This document shows, piece by piece, positions 1 through 10,725 of a DNA stretch of 64,000 bases. The notes below the pieces were generated by a model that searched no databases, was not told the DNA's origin, and worked only from the letters and a program-made list of their open reading frames with translations. Source of the stretch: Escherichia phage ESCO13; sequence record NC_047770.1; one strand, given 5' to 3'. Within the stretch, counting starts at the first letter, position 1. Every line of letters starts with the position of its first letter. The position numbers and the translations under genes were made by a program.

Positions 1-206
1 TTGAGTTAGGTTCTTCAGTAACGAACGATCAAATCAAAGGTGTTATTTATGCAGCACTTGCTTTTGGACGCTTGACTTCTCTTCGTGTTTATGTTAAACT
101 TAATACTGAGGATGACAGTAAATATACAGAGAATAATATAGTTCCTGCTTATAATGTTGTCCCTTCTTTTGACCTTGATAACATTTCTTACGAGTATGGA
201 GTGTAA
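1..206 (+). CDS. 3-prime end of an upstream structural gene (partial; start lies outside the window)
   Basis: Frame 3 is open from the window edge to TAA at 204-206, 2 nt before the next ATG; no in-window start codon. Confidence 0.4.
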   Translation, partial: ELGSSVTNDQIKGVIYAALAFGRLTSLRVYVKLNTEDDSKYTENNIVPAYNVVPSFDLDNISYEYGV

Positions 207-208
207 AA

Positions 209-838
209 ATGGCAGTGAGTGTTGACCATGTAACAACTTGGGCCAGTATCAATGAAGATGTTAAAAACCTTCTGATTGAAGATTTTAAATCTTCTCCTAA
301 CATTGTCAAGCTCCTCTACATCGTATCCAGTGAAAAGCAAAAGATAGATCAGGCAATGATCTATCTTGCTAAACACCGCTTGATCTCTACAGCCACAGGC
401 AAATACCTAGATATTCTAGGGGAAGAAATGGGGATCGAACGTAATGGCTCTGATGATGAAGAGTATAGAACAATATTAAAAATCAGGGCTTACCGCGTAG
501 CCTCATCGGGGACTCGTGGTGACATAATTGATATCTTCGCCCGTTTCACAGGAACAGAGCGTGAAACGCTTAATACTTACGTAGGTTTGAATAAAACCTT
601 TGATGTGTTTTTCTACAACCTGTGTCTTCAATCTGATCAAGCTTTAGAGCAGTTGCTAAGTGTTTTCCCTATTATTAGTAGCTACCGTCTTGGAGCAAAA
701 GCAGGATCAGCTTTTGGTTTTAGTTCTTATTATGCTACCAAACCGCCTCATGGTATTGGTGGTTTAGGTTCCCTGTACATGGAATCTACTGGGGATGAAA
801 CAGGACGCATGTGTACGCTTCTCAAGCAAATAGATTAA
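209..838 (+). CDS. hypothetical tail/baseplate-associated protein
   Basis: 209-aa ORF, co-oriented and tightly packed with the tail-fibre genes. Confidence 0.55.
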   Translation: MAVSVDHVTTWASINEDVKNLLIEDFKSSPNIVKLLYIVSSEKQKIDQAMIYLAKHRLISTATGKYLDILGEEMGIERNGSDDEEYRTILKIRAYRVASSGTRGDIIDIFARFTGTERETLNTYVGLNKTFDVFFYNLCLQSDQALEQLLSVFPIISSYRLGAKAGSAFGFSSYYATKPPHGIGGLGSLYMESTGDETGRMCTLLKQID

Positions 839-847
839 GGAGTTTAA

Positions 848-1909
848 ATGGCGAAGCCAATATATTATCCTGACTGGGCTACACAAACTGTAACGCTCCC
901 AGGAACTTTAAACACAAACAAAATTAGACCTAAAGAAACCATCCGCACAGTTGGTATGGATTATGGTCAAATCATGACTTGCGAAGAAATGAACTGGATT
1001 CTTAATAATATCGGTTTATGGATTCGCTATTTGGTGGATGACTTTCTTCCAACTTTACCTAATACCTACTTGCCTTTAGTGGGAACTAAGATTACAATGG
1101 CAGGTGATGCTACTGGTGAGGCTACTTGGAACGGTAACAAAGAAGTTACTTTATCTATCCAGGTTCAAGATAACAGTCATAATCACTTGTCGGCAAACAT
1201 TACGGATGCCACTAGTTCAACAGTAACACCAAACGTGTTGGTAAAACGTGATGCGGGTGGTGCTATTTATGGTGGTGATGTTTATGTTAACGGTACTTCC
1301 ACAACAGATCCTGCAACACTGTTCTTCAAAAACTTTGCAGGACAAACAAATGGTGAGATTTCTGCCGAGTATCAAAGCGGAGGTCAGCTTTACATCTATC
1401 GTAGAAATCCTAGCACAGGCAGTGTATCGGCAGGTGTTCGTTTATATGATGCAGGTTATGTTCTAATAGATAATCCAAGATCAAACAGTGGACAAGACAC
1501 TTCTAACGGAAATGCTTTAGTTCGTTTAGATTATCTGAACTCTCGTTTGACTTCCCTTCAGAACACATTGCAGACGAATATTAACACTGTTCAAAACAAC
1601 TTGAATAATGTTAACAACAACCTCTCTTCTCGTATAAACAATGTAGAAAGTAATCATCAAAGTCAGATTACAAATAACTACAACTATGCTAACGGAACCT
1701 TTGTAAGAGATATTCGTTATACTAGCCAAGGTGTGTATTATCCACCAGGGAACGAGGTTTCTTGGACTTATATCTGTTCTTCTGGTTATGTTCTTTCTGG
1801 TATTATCGTACAGGAAACAGGACGTAGCTCTGCGGATAACATCGGTGGGGTTTACTTCAAACGCCTCCAGCGCAACGTTAACGGAAACTGGTACGATATT
1901 GGAGGCTAA
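848..1909 (+). CDS. tail fibre protein (short, coiled-coil shaft)
   Basis: 353 aa; Asn/Gln-rich heptad-like stretch LNSRLTSLQNTLQTNINTVQNNLNNVNNNL; directly followed by a Tfa-like chaperone gene. Confidence 0.6.
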   Translation: MAKPIYYPDWATQTVTLPGTLNTNKIRPKETIRTVGMDYGQIMTCEEMNWILNNIGLWIRYLVDDFLPTLPNTYLPLVGTKITMAGDATGEATWNGNKEVTLSIQVQDNSHNHLSANITDATSSTVTPNVLVKRDAGGAIYGGDVYVNGTSTTDPATLFFKNFAGQTNGEISAEYQSGGQLYIYRRNPSTGSVSAGVRLYDAGYVLIDNPRSNSGQDTSNGNALVRLDYLNSRLTSLQNTLQTNINTVQNNLNNVNNNLSSRINNVESNHQSQITNNYNYANGTFVRDIRYTSQGVYYPPGNEVSWTYICSSGYVLSGIIVQETGRSSADNIGGVYFKRLQRNVNGNWYDIGG

Positions 1910-2455
1910 ATGATATTTACAAACTTTAAAAAATATATTCCTGAAGACCCTGAACTAAAAGAATTGGTAGAAGCAGAGAACATTCTTTTTCTTCGTTGCG
2001 ATCAAGGTTACGACTGGTATGATTTACGTAGCACAGAATTCAATAACGATAAAATGAAAGTCGTTTTTGATGATCAAAATCGTATTGTGTTTTGGAATAC
2101 TGATCCTACACTACTTTGCCCTGAAGATCTTTCTATAGCACAAGTAGACTTTAATATAGATACTTTTGAGGATATTAGGAACAAGGTTCTGGATTTAGAA
2201 ACCTTAACTCTTAAAGATAAAGAGTATTCCCGTGAAGAGTTGATGACACAAGCTAGTGCAAAAATTCGCTCTTTACAAGAAACAGCGGTAGCACTTATAA
2301 CACCTTTACAGTATGCTAAAGATTTAGAAATGGCTACTGAAGACGAATTAGCTTATCTTAAAAATCTTCAAGTTTATGTAGTTAAACTAAATCGTGTTCC
2401 GCTTCAAAAAGACTATCCTTACGCTATAGATTGGCCTACATTACCGACAGAATAA
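1910..2455 (+). CDS. tfa: tail fibre assembly chaperone (lambda Tfa-like)
   Basis: C-terminal ITPLQYAKDLEMATEDELAYLKNLQVYVVKLNRV...IDWPTLP matches the conserved Tfa C-terminal signature (recalled from memory); TAAATG overlap with the upstream fibre gene. Confidence 0.7.
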   Translation: MIFTNFKKYIPEDPELKELVEAENILFLRCDQGYDWYDLRSTEFNNDKMKVVFDDQNRIVFWNTDPTLLCPEDLSIAQVDFNIDTFEDIRNKVLDLETLTLKDKEYSREELMTQASAKIRSLQETAVALITPLQYAKDLEMATEDELAYLKNLQVYVVKLNRVPLQKDYPYAIDWPTLPTE

Positions 2456-2464
2456 GGGATCACT

Positions 2465-2800
2465 ATGGAATTTCAAGAAGCATGGGGACTTGCAAAGGAT
2501 GCAATAATCCCTTTAATCGGAGTCATCTGGTTCTTTTTCAAACAAAAAATGGATAAATTCGGCTCTGATCTTGAGGAAATGGAGGAGAAAAGTCGAGAGC
2601 TAGAGAAGAAGTTGGTCTTTGTTGAATCAACTTATGCAACTAAAGCCGAACTTACCCAGATGCTAAATCAAATTAACTCTACATTAATGGCAAATAATAA
2701 CACCCTTGAGCAAAAAATTGAAAAGATTATGGACCTCAAGAATGCGACTATCCAAATGATGCTAGATGACATAGTTAAACGTACACAGAATAAGGGGTAA
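2465..2800 (+). CDS. membrane-anchored coiled-coil protein (function unknown)
   Basis: 111 aa; N-terminal hydrophobic helix IIPLIGVIWFFF followed by a charged coiled coil; RBS AAGGGA. Confidence 0.5.
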   Translation: MEFQEAWGLAKDAIIPLIGVIWFFFKQKMDKFGSDLEEMEEKSRELEKKLVFVESTYATKAELTQMLNQINSTLMANNNTLEQKIEKIMDLKNATIQMMLDDIVKRTQNKG

Positions 2801-2803
2801 TTA

Positions 2804-5800
2804 ATGGCAACATTCCCAACATATCCAGCAACGTCTCTCGAACAGGGCGTAGACCTGGTTATTTTCTCATCTAACCAACTCCATGATGTTATTAATGGAA
2901 GTGCTACAGAGAGTATTGAAACAGAATCAGGGTTGATACCAACCCTGAGAAAAGCCCTTGTTGACAACTTTTTCTTTAAAAGCCCATTGGATTGGGCGCA
3001 AGGCACAAACGAAACAGTTTTTAACCAACTACGTTATTTTCAGAATGGGGTATTGAGCGGTTATTATTATGCTCCTAATGCTACACTGGTAAACCCAATT
3101 CCTATGCAAGGGACTCCAGTAGGAGATAACAACTGGGTATTGTGGGGACTGAAGACAGAACAACTAGCAACAGAAGTCACCCCGTGGGTATACTCTGGTG
3201 CAACGGGTTATGAAACAGTAATTAGTCCTCCTTACATCTTTGATAGTGCTATTGTTACGATCAATGGTGTTATTCAGGTTCTGGGGGAAGCTTTCCGTAT
3301 AGAAGATAGTAAGATCATCTTATCTGAACCTTTGGGACACGATCCTGCAACAGGACTACCAAACAAGCTTTTTGCTTATATTGGTAAAATCGTAGCTTCA
3401 GCAGATACAGATCCTAATCTAGAGAACCGTCTTGTTAGTTTAGAAACAAAAACGGAAGAACTAACAGAAAGCATGGATAAAGTCCCTCTGCAAACTATTG
3501 CTCGTAAATATGGTTTGTTAGATGACGAGGTGGCTTACGCAACAGCAGGTCAATCGTTAACAGGGATTAAAGCTCTGTATGATCCAGTAGCACAGTCTTC
3601 CTACACATTACCTCCTAACATCACAGGAACTTTAACATCCTTGTCTGTTTCTGGAGTAATGACTTATTCTGGGGGGTCTGTAGATCTTTCTGCACTAGCT
3701 GTTGAACGTGGACAGTTTGTTCATTTGCCTACAAGCTTTGGTAATAACGTAACTCTGACAGCTAAAAATCAGACGATTGGACGTGGTGCTGGTCGTTATC
3801 GTTGGGCTGGAAGTTTACCAAAAAGTATTTTGGCCTCCGATACATTGGAGACAAGCGGTGGATTAGGTCCAAATGCATGGGTTCTGACCAATACAGAAGG
3901 ACTGTTAACCCCTCGTGGTGGAACATACAACGATTTATTCGATGTTGTCTACTTGTCAGAATTTGCTAACAACACAACAACATATACCACACCAGAAGCA
4001 GCTTTCCAAGCGGCACTGTTAGCAGCAAAAGCTTCGAAAAGCAAGATTCTCGATGCTTACGGTTGCGATATGACTTTCACGACAAGCTCTTTTGATATTC
4101 AAGGTATCACTTTGCGTGGGGGTGTGTTCCGTGGTCAACGCGACTATCGTGTGCAAAATGCTACAGTAGAAGGCACAACTTTCCGTAACTCTCGTGTTAT
4201 GTATTGGGGTGGTGCTGTGCGCATGTTCGATTGTTTGTGGGACGGTGCTCCTCGCGCAGGTCAAGTTGGTAGCTTGGTATTCCAAGGCAACCCAATATCA
4301 GGTACTTTTGAAATTGATAACTGTACTTTTAAAAACGGGTTGTATGGCATCCTTCAACAAGGAACAGGGGAACCAGTAACACATGGTGTCTTCCGTAACC
4401 TTACCTTCATGGACATGCAAGGTGATGCAATAGAACTGAACGTCATCAATAAACATTATGACGATGGTTGTGTGATTGAGAATATTTACCTGTCTAATAT
4501 CGATGGGACTAACGCTCCTATTCCTCTGTCCAACTGGGGTATCGGTATCGGTGTAGCTGGTAAAGGACCATATGGTTACGGAATACCTGATGATCAATAT
4601 TGCAAGAATATTACAATTCGTAACGTTTTTGCAAAACGTTGTCGTCAGATTGTCCACGTAGAAGTTGGTCGTAATATCTCTATCGAAAACATTCATGGCG
4701 ATCCAGACCAAACTGTATCTGTTGGGACAGGTTTGGCAACTGGCGCAGTTGTAATGTATGGAAGTAAAGACTTTACGATTGATGGTGTTTATGGAGAGCC
4801 TAAAACAGACGGTAGCACACTTGCAAGTAATATCCGTATGATTTATTTGGAGTGGGGAACTAACGCAGTTCTGGACGAAGAGGGTAATCCGGTAGTTCCG
4901 GCACAGGGTAGACCTTCAAATCCATGCTTTAACTATTCTGTTCGTAACATTCACACCAAAACTGGGCGTGTTTTTGCGGGAGTTTCCGCTGGGCCAGGTT
5001 ATGAAAACAGAGTTAGCTTTGAAAATATTCGTTGCGCCGCATTGCAGTTGTTCGGTATAGCTTCTTGGCTTTCAATGTCTAACATCACCTGTAATATCTT
5101 CGATTGTGTTGGTCAACCTGAATCTGGTCCAGGGACATTTTATGATGGATTCTTCCGTAGAGAAAAATCTGTTCTTGAAATGGTTAACGTAAACTGTTAC
5201 CCAGATGGCAAGACGATGGTTACTGGTCGTCCACAGTGGAGCCGTTGCCGTTACTCGGATATTCATCGTGTCAACTGTAATGTTGAAGCTAATATGTATA
5301 CCAATATCGCAGGTGGTATTGGAGCTATTGTAGGGACAACGGGCAAAGTTTATTACTTAGAGCCTAATCCTAGTCGAAACATTGATGGAATGCATTTCCC
5401 AACGGGGAAAGAGTTTGACAAAGGGGATATGATAGTCAAGGCGGATAATACGTTCTTCCTTGTAACAACAAGTGGGGCATATATTCCAGATATCCCAGCT
5501 TTCGGTATTCGAGCTACACAGGCAGGAGATACCTTCCTGACACAGAACTTGACTCCTAACGGGACAGCAACAAATGCTTCTTGGTTGTATCATTACCCTC
5601 TGTCAGCAGGGACACGTATCCGTATTCCTGGTGCTGGTGTAGGTGGAGCAGATTTGGACACAGTTATTACTCGTGCACCTTATCAAGATAATGATACGTG
5701 GACTAACCCAGTTAAAATAGACATTGCAGATCCAATTGTAACGCCTACAAGTGCTGGAGTTAGAATTAAAACCATACCTAATGATTCCAGTAATGTTTCT

Positions 5801-5857
5801 GTAGGTAATACTGCGGTTATTCGCCCAACGCCAGTAGTAGATGTGCCAACAACCTAA
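2804..5857 (+). CDS. large tail fibre / tailspike protein
   Basis: 1017 aa, Gly/Thr/Asn-rich beta-type composition, inside the fibre gene block. Confidence 0.65.
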   Translation: MATFPTYPATSLEQGVDLVIFSSNQLHDVINGSATESIETESGLIPTLRKALVDNFFFKSPLDWAQGTNETVFNQLRYFQNGVLSGYYYAPNATLVNPIPMQGTPVGDNNWVLWGLKTEQLATEVTPWVYSGATGYETVISPPYIFDSAIVTINGVIQVLGEAFRIEDSKIILSEPLGHDPATGLPNKLFAYIGKIVASADTDPNLENRLVSLETKTEELTESMDKVPLQTIARKYGLLDDEVAYATAGQSLTGIKALYDPVAQSSYTLPPNITGTLTSLSVSGVMTYSGGSVDLSALAVERGQFVHLPTSFGNNVTLTAKNQTIGRGAGRYRWAGSLPKSILASDTLETSGGLGPNAWVLTNTEGLLTPRGGTYNDLFDVVYLSEFANNTTTYTTPEAAFQAALLAAKASKSKILDAYGCDMTFTTSSFDIQGITLRGGVFRGQRDYRVQNATVEGTTFRNSRVMYWGGAVRMFDCLWDGAPRAGQVGSLVFQGNPISGTFEIDNCTFKNGLYGILQQGTGEPVTHGVFRNLTFMDMQGDAIELNVINKHYDDGCVIENIYLSNIDGTNAPIPLSNWGIGIGVAGKGPYGYGIPDDQYCKNITIRNVFAKRCRQIVHVEVGRNISIENIHGDPDQTVSVGTGLATGAVVMYGSKDFTIDGVYGEPKTDGSTLASNIRMIYLEWGTNAVLDEEGNPVVPAQGRPSNPCFNYSVRNIHTKTGRVFAGVSAGPGYENRVSFENIRCAALQLFGIASWLSMSNITCNIFDCVGQPESGPGTFYDGFFRREKSVLEMVNVNCYPDGKTMVTGRPQWSRCRYSDIHRVNCNVEANMYTNIAGGIGAIVGTTGKVYYLEPNPSRNIDGMHFPTGKEFDKGDMIVKADNTFFLVTTSGAYIPDIPAFGIRATQAGDTFLTQNLTPNGTATNASWLYHYPLSAGTRIRIPGAGVGGADLDTVITRAPYQDNDTWTNPVKIDIADPIVTPTSAGVRIKTIPNDSSNVSVGNTAVIRPTPVVDVPTT

Positions 5858-5863
5858 TGGAAT

Positions 5864-5885
5864 AGAGGGGGGGATTCCCCCTCTT
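5864..5885 (+). other. G-rich hairpin AGAGGGGGGGATTCCCCCTCT between fibre genes
   Basis: 9-bp inverted repeat immediately after the stop at 5855-5857; no clear U-tract. Confidence 0.35.
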
Positions 5886-5920
5886 CTTCCAATAGAATGG
5901 TCTAATGATAGGAGAGATAA

Positions 5921-7945
5921 ATGAATTTAACAAGACCTAATAGTGCGATAGCCGATCTGGTAGAAGCTACTTATCGAAAACGTCGCAGCTTTGAGGCAGG
6001 TTTTACATTACGTAATTCCCGTGAAGTTTTGCTGTTAGCAGCAGAAGGGAATTATTACCAATGGAAAGGAACTTTTCCTAAAGTAGTTCCAGCAAACTCT
6101 ACGCCAGCCACCACAGGTGGTATTTCTTCCCTTGCATGGCAAAATGTTGGGACCGCTGATGATATAGCAATTATCAATGCCAAGTTTACGGCAGTGCAAC
6201 AACAGATTAATGATTTGTCAGAAGCAATACCTGAAGCTGGTAAATCGGCTTATCAGATCGCACTTGATAATGGTTTTGTTGGAACAGAAGCCCAGTGGCT
6301 TGCTTCTTTGAAAGGAGATACTGGTGCTCAACTTAATATTAAGGGATCATTAGCAAGCACTAGTGAACTACCATCTACAGGTAACATCGCAGGAGATGGT
6401 TATATCGTAGGTGATGTGATTTACGCTTGGGATGGTTCTGTTTGGAAACTTATTTCTTCTCTTGGACCAGAAGGGAAATCAGCTTATGAGGTATGGTTGG
6501 CAGATGGTAATACAGGATCTGTTTATGACTTTCTTACCTCTATAAAAGGTGATAAAGGTGATGTTGGTCCTACAGGGCCACAGGGAGCACCTGGTGTTAA
6601 CGCCAACGGTTTTGATTATCGTGGGGATTTACCTTCTACAAGTAACTTACCACAACCTAACTCTGAAAACGTAAGCCAAGCTTATTCTATCAATGGTAAT
6701 CTTTATGTCTCTAATGGGACAGCTTGGGTCAACATGGGTAATATTGTTGGTCCTCAAGGTCCACAAGGTGAGGCAGGTAAAGACGGTCTTGATGGAACAG
6801 ATGGAGATGAAGGGAAATCTGCATATCAAAGTTGGCTGGATGCTGGTAATGAAGGGACAGAAGTAGATTTTATTGCCTCACTTAAAGGTCCAAAAGGAGA
6901 CAAGGGTGATCAAGGAGAGCGAGGTCCACAAGGTGAACTAGGTCCACAAGGACCAGTGGGTGCAACAGGATCAGGCTTAGAGATTATCGGGGTTCTGAAC
7001 AGTGAAGCTGAACTTCCTCCTACTGGAGAAGTAGGTGACGCATATAAAATTAATAATGATTTATATGTTTGGGTCCAAGATGCTACGGAATGGATGAATG
7101 TTGGCAGTCTTGGAGGAACATCAATTACAGCTAAAGGTCATGTTCCGAACAGTGAAGCTCTCCCTGTTTACAATAACTATGGTGATGCTTACTTAACTGA
7201 AGACACTAGTAATCTTTACATCTATACCTACGATCAAGACACCAATTCCGCATCTTTTGTTGACATGGGAAGTATTAAAGGCGACAAAGGTGAAAAAGGG
7301 GATAAAGGAGATAAGGGTGATCCTGGAACAAACGGAACCAACGGTACTGATGGGACCAACGGTAAGGATGGCGCACAGTGGTTTGTAGCAACAACTAATC
7401 CAGTCACAGGAGACGGTGTTATCAATGATTACGCCTTCAATACTACCACTGGAGCAGTGTTTAAGAAAACAGATTCTTCTACGTGGACGCTTATAGGCAC
7501 TCTTCCTAGTATACCAGAAGCCCCTCAAGACGGCTTGACGTATGGTCGGTCTGATGGAAACTGGATCGAAATATCAGGATCAGATCCTACGGAAGCTATA
7601 ACACCAACTAGAGTTACAGCAGGTTTCATGGAACTTGAAACAACTACTGCCAACTCTGGAGCATCTTGGACTCCTTCTGGAACTTCCAATATGTATGTTG
7701 TTACAGTAACTGATGCTCTGACAGTTGGAGCATGGCCTGGTGTCACTGGCTCTACAAAACCTAAAGCATTTTCAGCAATGATTTATTTGATTCAAGATAC
7801 AACGGGACACACGGTTACACTAGATGCGTCTTATGGAGCACTAAATGATACAGAAATAGCAACTACTGCTAACGCAGTAACAATTTTGCAATTAACGTAT
7901 CCTGGTGTGGGTGATATCGTGGACATGGTTGTTGTAACACGATAA
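5921..7945 (+). CDS. tail fibre protein with collagen-like Gly-X-Y repeats
   Basis: 674 aa; four Gly-X-Y runs, e.g. GDKGDVGPTGPQGAPG, GPKGDKGDQGERGPQGELGPQGPVGATG, GDKGEKGDKGDKGDPGTNGTNGTDGTNGKDG. Confidence 0.7.
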   Translation: MNLTRPNSAIADLVEATYRKRRSFEAGFTLRNSREVLLLAAEGNYYQWKGTFPKVVPANSTPATTGGISSLAWQNVGTADDIAIINAKFTAVQQQINDLSEAIPEAGKSAYQIALDNGFVGTEAQWLASLKGDTGAQLNIKGSLASTSELPSTGNIAGDGYIVGDVIYAWDGSVWKLISSLGPEGKSAYEVWLADGNTGSVYDFLTSIKGDKGDVGPTGPQGAPGVNANGFDYRGDLPSTSNLPQPNSENVSQAYSINGNLYVSNGTAWVNMGNIVGPQGPQGEAGKDGLDGTDGDEGKSAYQSWLDAGNEGTEVDFIASLKGPKGDKGDQGERGPQGELGPQGPVGATGSGLEIIGVLNSEAELPPTGEVGDAYKINNDLYVWVQDATEWMNVGSLGGTSITAKGHVPNSEALPVYNNYGDAYLTEDTSNLYIYTYDQDTNSASFVDMGSIKGDKGEKGDKGDKGDPGTNGTNGTDGTNGKDGAQWFVATTNPVTGDGVINDYAFNTTTGAVFKKTDSSTWTLIGTLPSIPEAPQDGLTYGRSDGNWIEISGSDPTEAITPTRVTAGFMELETTTANSGASWTPSGTSNMYVVTVTDALTVGAWPGVTGSTKPKAFSAMIYLIQDTTGHTVTLDASYGALNDTEIATTANAVTILQLTYPGVGDIVDMVVVTR

Positions 7946-7949
7946 CAGA

Positions 7950-7976
7950 AGCCCCGAAAGGGGCTTTCTTTTTATG
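7950..7976 (+). terminator. rho-independent terminator
   Basis: AGCCCC-GAAA-GGGGCT stem-loop followed by TTTCTTTTTAT. Confidence 0.6.
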
Positions 7977-7986
7977 GAGGGTTTAA

Positions 7987-10662
7987 ATGTTTCCAATTCC
8001 AATATTTACTATTATGACCAGCACTGGTGTCGTTCCTCTGCCAGCAGGTATTGTTAAAAAAGTAATCACTTTAGATTACCCAGATAACGCTGGTAATTCT
8101 AACAGCAGTTTAGCAATTTTGCTTAATGATGGTAGATTGTTTACTCAAGGCGCAAACCTCTTTGGTGAGATTGCAGATGGAACTCGTAGTGCACGATTCA
8201 ATAATTTCCACTTAGCTTCTACTGTAGTAGCGGATGTGTTTACCGCAGATCGTTGTTTTGTTATTAAAACTAACAGTGGGGGATGGCAATATTCAGGATT
8301 GACAGCAGGGTTGGTAGGATCTATAGCAGCAGGTGGTACGGATGCATGTGTAACTACCTGGACCAGCTTTCCATCTGTAATAACAGGGACTATTTCTTTA
8401 GCCAATCTTAAAGAGGTTAAAGGAGGGTATAACAATACTCTCTGGTTAATGAATAGTGGTGTTCTTTATGGATCGGGTCAAAACACAGTAGGTAGTTTAG
8501 GTGCAAGCACTACTAACGAAGTTTCTACTCCTCGTCAGATAACAAGCGCAGCAGTTGCTTTTGATGCAGGTTACAACCAATGCTCTTATGTCAACAATGT
8601 GGGAACCTTGCGTGTTTGTGGAGCTAGTAAAGGTTTAGCAGGTAATAATAACACAACAACAGCTTTTGTCAATGCCACAATATCCACTACTGAAACAGTG
8701 TATGTCAAAGATTACATCAATACAGTTTCCCAGACAATAGTTGTAGGAGATACCTCCGGTGGCACGGGTACAGTAAACTACTTATATGTTAGATCTAATA
8801 CAGAAACAACCTACACTAAACTGGATACCTTTGCAGCAGGTTTCTCAACATGGAAGTTTCCACCAAGCCGCCACTCTTTTTTCGTTGGGATCAATAATTC
8901 CTTGTGGGCTATTGGTAAGAACTACACTGCAAACTTAGGTTTGGGGTATGATTCTGCGAGCGGAGATCCACTCCAAGTGGGAAAACCAGTTAAACCTGAA
9001 GGAGTGGGTTCTTGGGATATAAACAAGCTCACAAGCGTTCATACGCTGAATATGGATGTTACTAACCAATTAGGTTATCAAGGAACCTTTTTCGTTTATA
9101 ATGGAGATATGTATTATTCCGGTATTTGGAAAGATGGGAAAGCCTCGTATCTGTTCAATAGTGGTCTAAACTATAATAAATTCACACCAATAGCAAGCTC
9201 CGTGATTACGGGCGATATTCTGGCAACAGGCTTAACTACAGATTCTTTAGGAATTTGTATTGTAGGTGGAACTAAACAGTTGACACATTCTGTTAGCCCA
9301 GAAGGAGGCAAACTTTTCAATATTAAATACACTTCTTCTGCCCCTGCAAACATGACAATATCATCTACTGGTTTAATGACTTTCCATGCAGAAGGTGGTT
9401 TTGATGCAGGTATGACAGCCTTAAACGCTGAAGGAACAACTTTATCAGATACCTCTGGAGGATATGCTTCAACATTGAGTGTTTACACCCCTAGCTTATC
9501 TGCGATGGATGTAGGAACAACACAAACAATGGTAGCAGAAATAACGCCAACAGGAGCAGCAAGCTTACCTGGTATGGTTGTTGAGTATTTCTCTAATGAC
9601 CCTACGGTAGCAACAGTTGACCCCGTTACAGGCGTTATTACAGCGGTTGCTGATGGAGGTTGTCGTATCGGTTGTAGAGCAACTTATCAAGGTGTGGTAA
9701 CTGCCGAAGATAGTTCTTATCTCACAGTGAATGCTGTGGTGATTGTGATGGATTATGATTTGACGCAAGAAACTATTCCGGCGGATGTAAAGGTCAACAG
9801 GAGTAACCGTTATGCCAGGGCTTCTGGAGATATCCTTGTACCTACAGAGAGTTCTGCTCCCGTAGCACCTTTAGAATATGTTGGTACAACTCCACAAGGT
9901 AGACGTGTTGTAGCAGCCAACCGTACACATATCTTTATCAACAATAACTTGACAACAGCTTCCCCGTGGTTGAAGACGAACTTGACAGTCACGGCATCAA
10001 CAATCAACTCTCCGGTTGGAACTACAGCTAACACTTACAAGTTAACACCTTCTACAACTTCAGGACAACATATTTTATCAGCAGTGAATACAGCTTCTGA
10101 TATTACAGCAGGTAAGCACTGGGCGGCATCCGTATTCTTGAAGCCAGACGGGATCACTAAAGTGAAACTCAAATTGACTTCAGGAGATGAGATTAACGAA
10201 GGGACTTATGATCTTGTAGCTGGAACATTTACAGGTGCAGATGCAAACATAATCGATATGGGGAATGGTTGGTATCGTGTAATTCTACACAAAGTGACAG
10301 TTGCCAAACAAGCATCTATAACCTATGAGATTATAGCTTTGAATGCAAGTGGATCAGACACTTTCGCAGGAGATGGTACGGCAGGTCTTATTGCTTGGGT
10401 TCCACAGCTTGAGATGGGTGATATGACAAATCCAGTTTGGGCTGGGACACCATTTGTTTGTTCTTATGCACGAGACACTACCAGTGCTGTTACCTTCACT
10501 ATTCCTAAGAATGGACATACTGGCGTGGACATTTACCACACTGATGGTACTGTGCAACGAGAGGTCTTCACTGGTACAGCTACAACTTGGATGTTGACGT
10601 TCACCGCCGCAAGTGCGGATTGGGGATCGAAGTTCATTACAGGTTTGAAATATTACGACTAA
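7987..10662 (+). CDS. tail fibre protein with Ig-like (Big_2-type) domain
   Basis: 891 aa; Ig-like segment VGTTQTMVAEITPTGAASLPGMVVEYFSNDPTVATVDPVTGVITAVADGG; last gene of the plus-strand late block. Confidence 0.65.
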   Translation: MFPIPIFTIMTSTGVVPLPAGIVKKVITLDYPDNAGNSNSSLAILLNDGRLFTQGANLFGEIADGTRSARFNNFHLASTVVADVFTADRCFVIKTNSGGWQYSGLTAGLVGSIAAGGTDACVTTWTSFPSVITGTISLANLKEVKGGYNNTLWLMNSGVLYGSGQNTVGSLGASTTNEVSTPRQITSAAVAFDAGYNQCSYVNNVGTLRVCGASKGLAGNNNTTTAFVNATISTTETVYVKDYINTVSQTIVVGDTSGGTGTVNYLYVRSNTETTYTKLDTFAAGFSTWKFPPSRHSFFVGINNSLWAIGKNYTANLGLGYDSASGDPLQVGKPVKPEGVGSWDINKLTSVHTLNMDVTNQLGYQGTFFVYNGDMYYSGIWKDGKASYLFNSGLNYNKFTPIASSVITGDILATGLTTDSLGICIVGGTKQLTHSVSPEGGKLFNIKYTSSAPANMTISSTGLMTFHAEGGFDAGMTALNAEGTTLSDTSGGYASTLSVYTPSLSAMDVGTTQTMVAEITPTGAASLPGMVVEYFSNDPTVATVDPVTGVITAVADGGCRIGCRATYQGVVTAEDSSYLTVNAVVIVMDYDLTQETIPADVKVNRSNRYARASGDILVPTESSAPVAPLEYVGTTPQGRRVVAANRTHIFINNNLTTASPWLKTNLTVTASTINSPVGTTANTYKLTPSTTSGQHILSAVNTASDITAGKHWAASVFLKPDGITKVKLKLTSGDEINEGTYDLVAGTFTGADANIIDMGNGWYRVILHKVTVAKQASITYEIIALNASGSDTFAGDGTAGLIAWVPQLEMGDMTNPVWAGTPFVCSYARDTTSAVTFTIPKNGHTGVDIYHTDGTVQREVFTGTATTWMLTFTAASADWGSKFITGLKYYD

Positions 10663-10663
10663 T

Positions 10664-10698
10664 AAAAAAGGGAACCCGCAAAGGTTCCCTTTTCTTTT
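10664..10698. terminator. bidirectional rho-independent terminator between convergent late and early blocks
   Basis: AAAAAA-GGGAACC-CGCAAA-GGTTCCC-TTTTCTTTT; A-run upstream and T-run downstream of a 7-bp stem. Confidence 0.6.
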
Positions 10699-10725
10699 AT
10701 AAAAACTCTTTATAAATCAATAAGA

